In this document: positions 35,228-49,874 of the stretch, one piece after another
How positions within the stretch are numbered: the stretch's first letter is position 1
Layout: each line of letters starts with the position of its first letter
From: Octopus vulgaris
Lineage: Eukaryota
NCBI GenBank assembly: GCA_951406725.2
Contig: OX597828.1
Location: 43,710,001 to 43,774,000 of the forward strand
Reading direction: 5' to 3'
Length of the DNA: 64,000 bases
Notes under the pieces: generated by a model
The model's database searches: none
Told to the model about the DNA's origin: nothing
The model's input: only the letters and a program-made list of their open reading frames with translations
Made by a program: the position numbers and the translations under genes

Positions 35228-35450
35228 TTTATTTCTTTATTGACCACAGGGGGCTAAACATAGAAGGGACAAGCAAACAGATTAAGTCGATTATATCGAC
35301 CCCAGTACGCAACTGGTACTAATTTAATCGACCCCGAAAAGGATGAAAGGCAAAGTCAACCTCCGCAGAATTTGAACTCAGAACGTAGCGGCTGACGAAA
35401 TACTGCTAAGCATTTCGCCCGGCGTGTTAACGATTCTGCCAGCTCGCAGT
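35228..35450 (-). mobile_element. Family A SINE, young tail variant
   Basis: Reverse complement of the 19406-19635 sequence. Confidence 0.88.
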
Positions 35451-35592
35451 CTTCAAAAGGGGATTAACACTGTATAATTGAGATATTCGTCTTGAGAGAT
35501 CCTCTGATATAGATGTATAGTGCTAAGAAGCACAGACATATAGGATATAAAGAATGCTATTCCATTCCGTATTAGTACTTCTTCAGTCGCTA

Positions 35593-35640
<48 letters not shown>

Positions 35641-35697
35641 CGATTTTTTACTTGGTTTCCAAAATTCTTTATGAGAATTCGTGTGTTGAAGCATATT

Positions 35698-35885
35698 TTA
35701 TTGTGTCTGGGGAGAGTCATTCTCTTTTGGTGCCTTATTATTTAACACACTCAACGATTCGATTTCCATTCATTTACCTATTTATTTATTAGAAAAAATA
35801 CATAAGTAAACGAGTGGAAATAGAACCGGTGTGTGTATTAAGCGATAAATCACTAAAAGACAATGACTCTCCTCAGACACAGTAA
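35698..35885. repeat. Imperfect ~85-bp-arm inverted repeat between (TA)n tracts
   Basis: TGTGTCTGGGGAGAGTCATTCTCTTTTGGTG... pairs with ...CACTAAAAGACAATGACTCTCCTCAGACACA. Confidence 0.8.
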
Positions 35886-36141
35886 TATATATATATATAT
35901 ATATATATACATGCGCGCGTGTGTGTATGCGTGTGTATATGTATATAGCCCGAATCAGCAAGGCTGAAAATTTTCCTTTACATTTACGGACGAGTGTGTG
36001 GCTGGAGCTATACTAAGATATGAATGAATGTAAAAGAAAGTAGTGTGCATTTATATACAGTTATATACACAGAAGCATGCACACTTCAATGTATACATAT
36101 TTATATATATACATACATACATACATACATACATACATACA

Positions 36142-36177
<36 letters not shown>

Positions 36178-37180
36178 TATACATATATTTATACATAAAT
36201 ATATATAAGCATATACGTATATACATATATATATATATATACACACACAAATAAAAAAACACGCTCACAATCAGGTGCAAAAACATATACATAAATATCA
36301 ACTGCATCCATTTGGATAATATCGCATATTATTAGATTTGAGTTGAAGAATTGAAGAAAATTTCAGATTTGTTTCTAGAAAATAAATGTAAAAATAAAGA
36401 AAAAAAAAAGCATTAATAGGAACTGCGAAAAAATATAAAGAAAAACAATTGAAAAAGATGACAATTAAATTAATAACTGAACGTAAATAAATAATTTAAA
36501 TATAAATAAATGAATCAAAATATGCAAATGAATAAATTAAGTTGTATTGAATTTTCAAAAAAAAAAAAAATTTGTTTCAATTAATTATCGTAACAATTAA
36601 TTCGGTTAATGGTGCGCTAATTAAAATATCTTGTATTAATGGTTTGATATTGATGCTATTACAACGGCAGATAGTTGACGAAATAAAATAAAATAAAATA
36701 AAATAAAAGTAAATTAAAATAAATTAAAAATAAAAAAAACAAAAAAACATACTAATACAGCGACGAAATAAAATAATTTAAGATAACAATATTACGAATT
36801 AAAGAGGATACACAAATAACAAATATATATATAAACACACACACACACATTTATATATATTTATATAGATAGATGTACATATATACATATACAGGGATGC
36901 ATATACACACACATGTATATGTGCATATATATATATGTATGTGTGTGTGTGTACGTTTATATATATTTACTGAAGGCCAATAGTTTAGGACGTCGCTACT
37001 CAGAGTACCTTCTCGCTGAAAGTGTTGCTTAAGGTGATAACAAAAACATGCTACCTTAATTTCCCTAAATGAGAAACTACCGTGTCTTTACTGAGCGTAT
37101 CACCAAATCCGAAATAGCATATATACTCTAGCACATGTATCGAGTACAATTTCACCCATTTTCTCCCAATCCCACCATTG

Positions 37181-37257
<77 letters not shown>

Positions 37258-37260
37258 GAA

Positions 37261-37474
37261 ATGAGGAATGAGGAAGCTGATGAGGATATGATGATGAATA
37301 AAAAGAAGATGAAGCATGAAACCACCCCCCCAAAATAACACAATAAAATTATATGAAAGACAAAGAACACACGCTCACATATACTAGCAAAAGGCACATA
37401 CGCACATGCAGACACACGTGTGTATGTATGTGTGTTCTGATCTCAAGTAATACCTGTACATCATCTCCAAACCT

Positions 37475-37553
<79 letters not shown>

Positions 37554-38171
37554 GGTACGCTTTTTTCTATACGTGTATTTATATATGTGCATATGTCACT
37601 GTTATTCTAAACTTATATACAACACCAAAGTAGACCTATCCACTGACTCCAAGTGAAGATTTCTCAATCTGAAAACTGAGACTTCCCGCCTGTGTTTCAA
37701 GGCAGAATTTCTATAGTTTATTTACGTGTTTTTTTTTCCCTTCATGAAACACATATTTATAGGTTCACTTTAGATCGTATTCTGAAGAATAATTTTCATA
37801 GATTTCCATATTTATTTTTATATTTGTTTTCTCTTCTTTGTGTTTATCTTTCTTTTAATTAATTTCCAAACAATTTAGTAAATTAATAATTTAATAAATG
37901 AATAAAGAGATGAAAATAGCAGGACATAGCCCCGAGGCAATCTGATATCACCCGTCTCAGGTTCCAGTCTCCTACACCTTACTTGAGATCAGAACACACA
38001 CACACACATACACACGTGTGTCTGCGTGTGCGTATATGCGTTTTGCTAGTATATGTGAGCGTGTGTTCTTTGTCTTTCATATAATTTTATTGTGTTATTT
38101 TTTTTTTTCGTTTCATGCTTCATCTTCTTTTTATTCATCATCATGTCCTCATCAGCTTCTTTATTCCTCAT
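37261..38171. repeat. ~190-bp inverted duplication (37261-37450 vs 37979-38171)
   Basis: The arms are reverse complements; the ORF track shows near-identical peptides on opposite strands (37152..37415- and 38018..38272+). Confidence 0.92.
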
Positions 38172-38385
38172 CCCTCATCTTTCGTTGCCGAATTTTCTTT
38201 TTTCATTATCATCAACTTTATCATTTTCTCAACTCATTACTACTACTACTACTACTGCTACTACATTCCTAGCCGAGATGGCAAAATCGGTAGAACGTTG
38301 GAAGAAATACATTGCGGTATTCTTTCCGCTATCCGACGATTCCTTATATCCTGAAAGACATCTTTGTCTTTTATTCAATTTTATA

Positions 38386-38440
<55 letters not shown>

Positions 38441-38568
38441 TAGTGGTTGATAAAAGAAAAGACAAGCCAAGCACTGGCTTCGGTGGTCACGACAAATTCC
38501 CTCCTACTAAAAATGCTGCTTTTGCGCTTAAAATTTAAAAAGAATTATTATCATCATCATCATCATCA

Positions 38569-38608
<40 letters not shown>

Positions 38609-38824
38609 GAAGGCGACATGCTGGCAGAATCGTTAGCATGCTGGACGAAATGCGACGTTCTGAGTTCAAATTCTGCCGAGGTCGACTTTGCCTTTCATCC
38701 TTTTCGGGTTCGATAAATTAAGTACCAGTGAAACAGTGGGGTCGAGGTAATGGCCTAATCCACACTCCATAAATTCGTGGCGTCTTTGCTCCCGTAGAAA
38801 AGATTATTATTATTATTATTATTA

Positions 38825-38895
<71 letters not shown>

Positions 38896-40250
38896 ATTAT
38901 TATTATTATCATTATTATTATTATTATTTCTAAGGCACCGAACAGGCAAAATCCTTACCACCACCGGGGAAAATGCTGTTAAGCATTTTATCCATCACAT
39001 CGTTCTGATTTCAAGTTTCCCCGTAGTCAACATTGCTTTTCGTACTTTCGAGATCAATAGAATAAGTACCAGTTAAAAATTGGTGTCGATGTAATCGACT
39101 GGTGCCGTCCTCCAAAATTGCTAGCCTTTTACCAAAATTTATTTACTCGGCAAGCTGGCAGAAACCTTAAAACGCCGGGCAAAATGCTGAGCGGCAGTTC
39201 TTCCAGCCTAACGTTCTGAGTTCAAATGCCGCCGGGTCGACTTTGCTTTCCATCCTTTCGGGGTCGATTAAATAAGTACCAATTGAACACTAGAGTTGTT
39301 ATACTCGATTTTATCCCCCCACCCGCACTTGCCAAAATTTGAATCACTGTGCCAAAATTTGAATCAAGATTATATTTATTTCTTGAGCTAGTATTCCAAC
39401 AAGGATGCACATTCTTTTCATCCTTTCGTGGTCGATCAAATAAGTACCAGTTAAATATTGAGGTCAATGTAATCGACTTACCTCTTCCTTTAAAATTTGC
39501 AAGCATTTTTATAGTTCAAATTCCGCTGAGGTAGCACTTTCTTTTCATCCATTCGGTGACCGGATGCATAAAACAAGTACACGTTGCGCATCAGATATAG
39601 TGTAATTGATTAACACAATCCCCTAAAATTTCAGGCCTTATGTCTGTAGTAAAAAGCAGTATTTCTATTATTTCAAAGGTGGCAAAGGCGGCGAGCTACC
39701 AGAATCGCTAGCACGCTGGACGAAATCCTTAGCAGTATTTCATCTGGCGTTACATTCTGAGTTCAAATTCCGCTGAGGTCAACTTAGCCTTTCATCCATT
39801 CGGGGTCGTTAAATTAAGTACCAATTGTATACTGGGGTCGACGTAATCGATTTAATCCCTTCCCACACATTTGAGGCCTTGTGTTTCCAGTGGAAAGCAT
39901 TATTTCAAAGGCAGCGAGCTGACATAATCGTTAGAGCGTCGGACAAAATGTTTAGTAACATTTTTTCTGGTACTCAGTTCTGAATTCAAATGTTAGGGAA
40001 GTCGATTTGGCCTTTCATAATTTCGTGATCGACAAAATAAGAATTAGTGTACTCAATGTAATCGACCAGCCCTTAGCTATAACAGAATAGAACAGCAGTA
40101 TTTTTACAACTTAACGTTTTGAGTTCAAATACCCCCGGAGTCGACTTTTCTTTCACCCTTTCGGGGTCGATAAAGTAAGTACAACTTCAACACTAGGATC
40201 GAGCTAATCAACCAACTTCCGTCGCGAAGTAAATAGGGCTTCTACACAGA
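38609..40250 (+). mobile_element. Tandem cluster of about eight same-orientation family A SINE copies/fragments
   Basis: Recurrent GTTCTGAGTTCAAAT / CTTTCATCC(T/A)TTCGGGGTCG / AAGTACCAGTT motifs near 38660, 39000, 39215, 39420, 39520, 39755, 39980 and 40120. Confidence 0.85.
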
Positions 40251-40254
40251 AGTT

Positions 40255-40620
40255 AGACGCAGGAGTAGCTATGTGGTAAAATTTTGCTTTGTAACCACAT
40301 GGTTCCGGGATCAGTCCCACTGCGTGGCACCTTTAGCAAGTGTCGTCTATTATCGCAGAAAAAAACTTTGTGAGTGTATTTGGTAGACAGAAATTGAAAG
40401 CATTCCGTTCTAAATGTGTGTGTGTGTGTGTTCTTTGTGTCTATGTTTCTTCCCCACTATTGCTTGATAACTAGCGTAACTGTATTTACGTCTTCGTAAC
40501 TTAGCACCGTTTTGATAAAAGAAATTGTTAGAGTAAGGACCAGGCCTTAGAAAAAATACAGGGGTCTATTCATTCGACGAAATTTCAAGGTGGTGCTCCA
40601 TCTAATGATTAAAACAAAGT
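40255..40620 (+). mobile_element. Family B SINE, degenerate full-length copy
   Basis: GACGCAGGAGTAGCTATGTGGTAA...CTGCGTGGCACCTTTAGCAAGTGTC...GGTGGTGCTCCA. Confidence 0.8.
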
Positions 40621-40859
40621 ATGAAACAATAACCATTTACTGTGAATTTGCTACTTTCCACTGTTATTGGAGCTTGTATTCTTACCTCAATAATTTCATG
40701 CAACTCAACCACAATGAGCAGAACAACAATTGGTTAAAATACTTCTTGACCTTCCCCTGACGATCCCTTCTCTTGCAAGAAAATACTGCAACATATTTCT
40801 CTTCACATCTACACTGATTCTACTGCACACCGACTGCAAAACAATAAATAATGATGAAT

Positions 40860-41063
40860 TAGGAGTGGCTGTCTGTTAAGTAGCTTGCTTACGAATCACA
40901 TGGTTGCAGGTTAAGTCCCACGGCGTGGCACCTTGGGCAAGTGTCTTCTACTATAGCATCGGGCTGACCGAAGCCTTGTGAGTAGATTTGGTAGACGGAC
41001 ACTGAAAGTAGCCCGTCATATGTATATATATATATATATATATATTGATATATATATTTATAT

Positions 41064-41161
<98 letters not shown>

Positions 41162-41372
41162 ATATGTTTGTGTGTCTGTGTTTGTCCCCCCAGCATCGCT
41201 TGACAATAGATGCTGGTGTGCTTACTTCCTCGTAACCTAGCGGTTCGGCAAAAGAAACCGATAGAATAAGTGCTAGGCTTACAAAGAATAAGTCCTGAGG
41301 TCTATTTGCTCGACTAAAAAGCGGTGCTCCAGCATGGTCACAGTCAAACGACTGAAACAAGTAAAAGAGTAT
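40860..41372 (+). mobile_element. Family B SINE, full length, with expanded internal (TA)n
   Basis: Colinear with 13144-13557. Confidence 0.9.
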
Positions 41373-43070
41373 AAGTTTATGTCAAACAATTACTACTATT
41401 GTGACCGACTACTATTATCCACAAAAATATGTGAGTCTGTGTTTATGTTAGAAATCAGTTATTTAGTTTTAGCTGATGGATGATTTTTAACGCAATGCCA
41501 ATATATTCTTAATTAACAGCGGCCATGTTTCTTTATCAAACCTGCCGCAATGATGATGTTTTCTAAAAAAAAATTGAAATTACCTGGGATCTGGTAACGG
41601 AATACTACTTTTGAAATCTCCTACAAAAGTGTCATGATAATCGTTATGAGGATATCAAGAAAGTGACCAGGAAAGTCGTTCGTTGACCTATTGGTGCCGA
41701 AAACAAAAATTTAATTTTCCCGTCAAAATTACGTGAAGGAATACGATTTATATTTAAATTAAAAGGCTTGGAAATTTTTCGATTACTGTGGCGTAGTATT
41801 AATTACAGCTTATTGTATGTTGTGTTAAAAATCCAACCAGGGTTTGACGAATAGAAGCGATCCTGGCTCCTCGTGTTCAATCAGCAACAGTGGCACCAAG
41901 CTGTTTCCGTTCAATTCGGTGGAATTTCTCTTGGCGAAGAATCGATGGAATAGAGAAGCAAGGACTTACAGGGGTTGGAATATGCTAACGTTTCGCAAAA
42001 AAGGGTCTTTTATGAACTTACACATTCATATGTTGCAATTTGGTTAACCTTAACCGGCGAAGGGACCTATCCATAGTCAAGGGGTTACACAGGTATTGCT
42101 GAGTTATAAAGTAGTTCGCTTCACAGCCATGAGGTTATGGGAATCAATCGCACAGCATGACATCTCACCAACTGTCATTTACCATAGCCTCACATCGTCC
42201 AAAACCTTATGAAGCAAAGAATATAGGAGGAAATTGCGTAGAAGCCTGTCGGACAAACTGTAGCTACTATGGAAAGAACCAGCTTTATCATATTTGAGTC
42301 TTGCCGATTTTAGCAGAAAATTATGTTAAGGTACACCTATCTGCGGAATATTCACTCAGCTTGTACTCTTTGGGGGTTAGGAGTGTTAGATATAGTAAGA
42401 TTTAATTAATGTAAAGTCTGATTATTCTAAAATAAAAAAAAACATGTCCTTACTGCACAATAGCAAGTATTTGAAGAAAGATCGTTCTGAAAGAATCATA
42501 GATAAATGTCGGATAAAAATATAGTGGCATTAGATAGGGCTGATGCTCACAAGTTGTGGATCTTTCCCCAGGGGTAGGGGAGGAAAAAATGTCATCTGTT
42601 CAAAGGGGAATTTGACAAAGGAAATAATGAATAACGAATAATATTAATATTAATAACAAATACTACTACTAATAAGAACATAATAATAGGAGAATAAATG
42701 AGAAAGAGAGAAGAAAAGATGAAAGATGGAATAAGGAATGAAAACTGAAAAGGGAAAATAGTAGGAAGACGAAGGAAAGAAATGATAAAGAAGAAAATTA
42801 ACGAAAAAAAAAAAAGAATTATTTAAAGGTGTAGAAAATTAATTGGGAGCTGACCTAATTAAAACAATATTGTCAAAACAGAAAAAGAAGAAAACAATAA
42901 AAATGAAAACAAAAAAGTGCAGTAAACAATAAGCGAGAACCAGTATCCCTAATTACACTTTGTATGATAAAATAAACAAAGCGGGAAATTGCTAAAATAA
43001 GAGATGAAACGACGGATGGTGTGGAGAGAAATCGGCAGCCATCATTTTTGCTACAACAAAAAGCGAAAAC

Positions 43071-43114
<44 letters not shown>

Positions 43115-43611
43115 TGCGCTTAAGGGATCTTATCGAAGAAGGAATTAAGTCAAAAAGAAAGAAGAATTAGGGAAAAGAAATCTTTAGTGAATGGTTCGTG
43201 TTAGAAAAAGAAATAGCAGTGAATATCCAAAACAGGAGATTTGTACAAAAACAAAATGGCCTAAAAATAAATAAATAAATAACTCAACAACAAAAACAAC
43301 AGCTGCACTAGCAGTGATAACCAATCAAAATACTCATAAAAAAGTTTCGGTTAATTGTTCAGGGACATGGGTTGTAGAGAAAGAGAAATATAATTGTGAA
43401 AACACGATGGTTAGAAACCTCTGTTGAGATTGTGGATGTAATTATAACATAACAAATGTATTGCTTTATAATGAAGTCAGAGATGATTTCTATAAGCGGG
43501 TATGAATCCATACATTTGTGCGTCTGCGCATGCGTGTGTGTGTTTGCATGTGTGTTGATATAAGTTCATGTGTGTATATCAGAGTTTAGACATGATAATA
43601 ATGTACAAGCC

Positions 43612-44732
43612 ACAAGGCAACGAGCTGGCAGAAACGTTAGCACGGCGGAAGGCGGCGAGCTGGCAGAAACGTTACGTTCTGAGTTCAAATTCCGCCGAGG
43701 TCGACTTTACCCTTCTTCCTTGCGGGGTCGATTATCTAAGTACCAATTTAAGTAATCGTCTTATTCCATTTGTCCACTGTATGTTTAGCCCCTTGTGTGC
43801 AATAAAAAAAAAGAAGAAACGTTAGCACGCCTGGCGAAATGCTTAGCATTCTGAGTTCAAATTCCCCCGAAGTCTACTTTTCCTTTCATCCTTTCGGGCT
43901 CGGTAAATTAAGTACCAGTTGTATACTGGGGTCGATCAAATCGACTGCCCCCCTCCCCCCACCAAATTTCGGTCCTTGTGCCTTGAGTAGAAAAAATAAA
44001 CATACATGTCACACATAAAATCTATTCCATGAAGCAAATGTTCAAAAGCTTTCGAACAAATGAATATACAGTTCTGTCAGCTATTGGCACGAGGCATGAA
44101 ATTTGGGGGGCAGGGGCTAGTCGATTATATCGACTCCAGTTCTCGATTGGTACTTATTTTATCGCTATCGAAATGCTCGAAGTCAAAGGTGATCCACGCG
44201 GAATTTGAACTCATGCCGTGATGGTTCTCGATTGGTGCTTATTTAACCAATCCAAGAATGCAGAATTCAAACTCAGAACGTAAACACAAAAAAAAAAAAC
44301 CGCTAAGCATTTTGTCCGGCGTGCCAACTTTTTCTTTTCCTTTCTACTATAGGCACAAGACCTATAATTTGGTGGAGTGGGATAATCGATTACATCGACC
44401 CCAGTGATTTACTGGCACTTAGTTTATCGACCCCGAAAGGATGAAAGGCAAAGTCGACCTCTGCGGAATTTAAACTCATAACGTTGCGACAGGCGAAATA
44501 CAGCTAAGCGTTTTCTTCCAACGTCCTAAATATTCGTTTCTTCTCTAGGCACAAGGCCTGACATTTTTGGGGAGAGGAGGTCAGTCGATTAGATCGGCCC
44601 CAGTACGCTACTGGTATCTAATTTATCAAACTCGAAAGGATAAAGGCAAAGTCGACCTCGTCGGAATATGAACGGACGAAATACTGCTAAGAATCTCTTC
44701 CAGCGTGCTAACGATTCTGCCAGTTCGCCGCC
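43612..44732. mobile_element. Family A SINE cluster: two + copies (43612-43995) facing three minus copies (44080-44732)
   Basis: Family A motifs in both orientations. Confidence 0.85.
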
Positions 44733-44819
44733 TAGGTTGAACTTATACCAAAAAAAAACAAAAAAACTTGTAAAATACAAAATTCATCGCAACTGACCAT
44801 AGAGCTGGCAGAATCATTA

Positions 44820-44982
44820 GTAGGAGTGGCTGCATGGTAAGTAACGCGTTTCCCAACCACATGGATCCGGATTCAGTTCCACACCGTGATACCTTGGGCA
44901 TGTGTCTTCTACTATAGCCTCGGGCCAACCAAAGCCTTGTGAGTAGATTTGGTAGACGGAAACTGAAAGAAGCCCGTCGTAT
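44820..44982 (+). mobile_element. Family B SINE, 5' half
   Basis: TAGGAGTGGCTG...GGAAACTGAAAGAAGCCCGTCG, then (TA)n. A 3' tail fragment lies at ~45350-45400. Confidence 0.85.
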
Positions 44983-45004
44983 ATATATATATATATATAT
45001 ATAT

Positions 45005-45320
45005 ATTGGTTTGGTGCATAATTATTGCAGGTTTTTTCAACAAATTTTATTCAACAAAAACAATAAAAAATATTTAACAAAAACATTTTAAAAGGACGGT
45101 CCGACCGTCTACTAAGTAAATGGAAAGCAGTAATTGAAGTAGATTGTGAACATGCTCCGGAATAATCATTTAAAGATGTTTTTGCTACATGTTATTATTT
45201 TTTGGAATAATGTTTGTCTCTCAAGCCCTCTTTCATGGGGTCGAAAAGATGATAGTCCAGTGACGAGGAAGTGAAAACTGTAGTGAAGAAGTGGCTCAAA
45301 GAAAAATCAACAGAATTTTA
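45005..45320 (+). mobile_element. Mariner relics (TIR plus transposase C-terminal fragments)
   Basis: TA|TTGGTTTGGTGCATAATTATTGC TIR-like start; peptides RLLSKWKAVIEVDCEHAPE* and SSDEEVKTVVKKWLKEKSTEFY. Confidence 0.65.
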
Positions 45321-45859
45321 TATATATATATTTACGACGGCTTACATACACGCATGGCTGCAGTGAAATGACTGAAACAAATAAAAGAGTAAAGAGTAAA
45401 AGGGAGAAAAGGGGGCGAGGGAGAGAGAGAGAGAGAGGAAAGAGGTCGTGAAAGAGTGAGAAGAAGGATCGTCGATGGAAAATGGATGGGCAAGCGTTAA
45501 ACAATTTTCTTTTTTTATATTCTAAGACTCAAAATGCCAAATATGTCCTCGCCAGGATTTGAACTCAGGTACGAGTAAGAGATATAAGATGTAAGAACAA
45601 ACAGACGTCGGATTTTTTCATTGGAAGAAAGAAAGAAGAGAGAAACAGATGAAAAGATTTAAACAAAAGTGATTGAAAATCAGAGGGTTAGGAAACATAT
45701 CGATACAGTGTAACGATGTATTTTACGGAATCTTGCATTTAGCCACAAGGAACTTCCGATTTGTTTCACGTTATAAACTGCTAAACTAATGCGTCTATCT
45801 ATCTATCTATCTATCTATCAGCATATACATTTATTTATATATTCATACATATTTATGTA

Positions 45860-45921
<62 letters not shown>

Positions 45922-45952
45922 TGTATATATGCATATATACATATATATACAC

Positions 45953-46043
<91 letters not shown>

Positions 46044-46614
46044 TATGTGTGTGTGTGTATGTATGTATACATATGCATCTGTATACTTATATAGTTATAT
46101 ATAACTGGAATTATATATATATATGTGTGTGTGCGTCTGTGTTATAAAATAACACATATATTTTAATTACTAATGAAACGTATAAAAAATGTATTATATA
46201 CAGAATCAATTTTACCAATTATATTTCGAGAAGAATGCAAAAAAGTGAAGAGAATAAATGGAACAAATATAAAATATAGACTGATTGACCAATTCTTGGA
46301 GAAAGAGATACACTGCCTTCTCTTGTGAGTTTATAATTTGTATTTTGGGTTTTATTTTTTGGTTTTTGTTTTTGGTATATTCGTCTCTATTTCTGTGAAA
46401 AGTAATATAATGAAGTAGATTCCACTTAGGAATATATTATTTTATTACTTTCATTTCACACGCACTAATGGACATGTTCTTACACACACATGAACAGATA
46501 TACACACTTATACACACACATGCACGGATATGCATATACGTATACACAGCTATACATATGTATATATGTATATGCATATATGTATGTTTATATATATATA
46601 TGTATGTGTGTGTA

Positions 46615-46711
<97 letters not shown>

Positions 46712-46825
46712 TTATATGTATGAGTGCGCGGGCGTGTTTGTATGTGTGTGTGTATATATACGGTCTAAATATATATATACCATATATATATATATGTATC
46801 TATATATACATCTATATGTATATAC

Positions 46826-46861
<36 letters not shown>

Positions 46862-46930
46862 TTATATGTATCTATATGTATGTGTATATGTAAATATATA
46901 TATGTATAAGCATATATATGTATACATATA

Positions 46931-46980
<50 letters not shown>

Positions 46981-48686
46981 TTTGCATATATATATACATA
47001 TTTACATATATACATATATATTTATCTACATATATATATATATATATATATATAGCACGTATATATATACACATACGTATACACACACGTACACACTCAC
47101 ATACACATATATATCATAGTAAACTCAACAGTAGATCGATTTCATAATCACATATTCCTTTCAGTCTTTTTTTTTTCTCTCTCCATAATTATATATTACT
47201 CATTATATTTTATTTTCCATGCTCAGTAGTTACAGCATTTTTCTCCTGCTTAATAAGCTTCGTTCCTTTTTAATATTTTTCTTTCTTTCACTTGACCAAA
47301 ATTCTTTCTGTTGCATCCATTCCGGAATGTGTTTTATATAATTATGAATTCTGTTTTTTTTTTTTTCTCAGAATCTCTTTGAGAAATCACTTTCAAATTC
47401 ATTAATATTCATTTGCGTATGAAAACATATATGGCTACCGATTGGTGCTTGGTGTATTCCTGTTGTTGGCGGTAGTGACGTCACTTTCTTGGAGGAGATG
47501 GAGACAGCATGCCCGAAGAAACGACATTTTGATCGAAATAAGCACCTGAATATCTTACAAAAGTGACTAGATACAAAGAGAGCATGTTTGTACGGGTATG
47601 TGCTTGTGGGTGTATGTTATGTGGGTGTTTAAAAATCTGGATGTACTCATACACAAGCACGCGCACAAACACACACTCATATATACCACTACTACTACTA
47701 CTGCAACAGCAATTGGTATCGTTTGTTCCCTGTATTGGGCAGCGCCTTGTGTTCTTTTCACGTTCCTCTCGTCTACTCATTTCAAAATGTTGATCAGTCG
47801 AGTGTTACTGTAGCTTTCCTTTACTCCAACGTTCACATCCTCTTCTTTCCTGTCAAATTGACTTCATGCGGACTTAGAGAGTGTTTGAGCTTGTTCCCGA
47901 CTACCTAGGCAACGAAACAATTTGCGACAACCTTGTATATGCTACTAGCTCATTGACTTACGATTGAAATCCACGACTTTACAATTTTGCACACTATTCA
48001 ACAGATAAAAGTCAGATTCGATTTTTGTTTCTTCTCCTCTAATAAGAAAATCAGTTTTGTTCATAATAAGCCGTTCTCATGCAAAATAGCTGCGAAAAAT
48101 CCTTCTTTGACAGCTAGATTTTGACAATAAATACGGTTTGTGACGAAGAATTTTAAGTCTTTCAAGACTCTATTTACAGTAATTCAAAATATTCTTGATA
48201 ACGAATGAATAACATCAAAGAATTTCTGATGATTATATTACTCTATACCCAGCCTTTTTCTTGAATACATTTTCTCATGTTATAATGACAAAATTTCCAA
48301 ATGAATTTACTACGACTATTCAACAAGTGGTGATGCCATTATGAAAATTTTCGTGGATAAATAGGGAGCATGATGCAGTTCCTCCAGTATATAGTTTGGT
48401 AAATTCGACCAAATCGCCATGGTAATTCAATATTTTGTATTTTCTGAAGCTTTCTGTTCGTAGGTAATCTGTAAAATAGGCGTTGTAGACATTTTCACTG
48501 GTCACCAAAAAGAAAAGTGATTTTGTGTGAACTGTTCTTAAAGGTACGTTGTGTTAAAGCGAAATAAATGTGCTTACTCTTGTCTCCTAGTTTCACCTCA
48601 CATGATAATGTGATTTGTGTTATATACCTATACGCATACATTTATATATCCATAATGCATCCATTCATGCATACATATATACATAC

Positions 48687-48756
<70 letters not shown>

Positions 48757-48908
48757 ACAGATATATATATATGCACACACATATATACAAATATATAAGT
48801 ATAAATAATATATGTATATATGTATATAAGTATGTATATATATATGTGTGTAAATATATAAATAATCATATATATATATATATATATACATATATACATA
48901 TATATATG

Positions 48909-48939
<31 letters not shown>

Positions 48940-48995
48940 ACATATATGCATGTATATATACACATATATATATATATACATATATACATATATAT

Positions 48996-49042
<47 letters not shown>

Positions 49043-49832
49043 TAAGTATATGTATATGCGCAAAGAGACTAAGTGAGAGAGAGAAAGAGGTAGAGATAGC
49101 AAGACTGTCTGTGTGAGAAAAGAGAAACAGACCAAAAGAGAGAGAGACAAAGAGAGAGAGAGAGAGAGAATGAGAGAGAGAAAGAGCGTGACTTATAGAT
49201 GGATCATCGGCTTAAACGAAATATACAACCTTACATAAAACGGGGTGAGTTGATTACGCATACAATTAAGTCTATTGAAATCGTAGCATGCTTAGTGCTT
49301 CACTTTTCAAAGACGTTAATAACCCTACTACCTTCCGTAGATCTTCTTTTAATTAAACCCACCACACCCCACGCTATTTTTCCTGGCCACCACATGCTGC
49401 CTTTATGCTTAGCACCAGCACCAACACAAAGAACCAACGCTGTGTGGAAGGCATTACTTCGCAAGATAAATCCCCAACCCTTATTTTTGTTGGGTTTTTA
49501 AAAAAAAAATTTTTATCATTTTTTTAAAAAAATTTTTAAATGCAGAAGAAGCTTCACAGTAACGCCGAAATATATTTGAATAAGGGAGCTTGCCTCTTGC
49601 AGAAATTTTGTTTATATAAAAATCTGTTAAAAATGAATCCACCCTGTGTGTGATTATAAGATTTATCTAATCGCTAAATGATTCTAAGGGGAAAAAGTAT
49701 TCGAAATACTAAAAGCATTGAACTGAAAAATATTTAGTCGCGTAGATCCTTTTAGATATTCAATATAATCGGATTTGTGAGAAGACTTGTCGATGTTGCG
49801 TATGGCTGTTGGTAATATAGCAGCAGCAGCAC

Positions 49833-49874
<42 letters not shown>

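Noticed and set aside
37085-37125. Further hammerhead-like traces (also ~35545-35590 minus and ~51205-51245)
   Set aside because: Each has several core mismatches and cannot be told from chance without a family consensus.
38609-40250. CRISPR-like or satellite array
   Set aside because: The units are ~200-bp diverged SINE copies with irregular spacing in a eukaryotic context; no cas genes.
48320-48508. 62-aa non-repetitive ORF (and similar short ORFs at 12501-12770, 19750-19947, 41844-42047)
   Set aside because: No recognisable motif or supported gene structure; such lengths are expected by chance.
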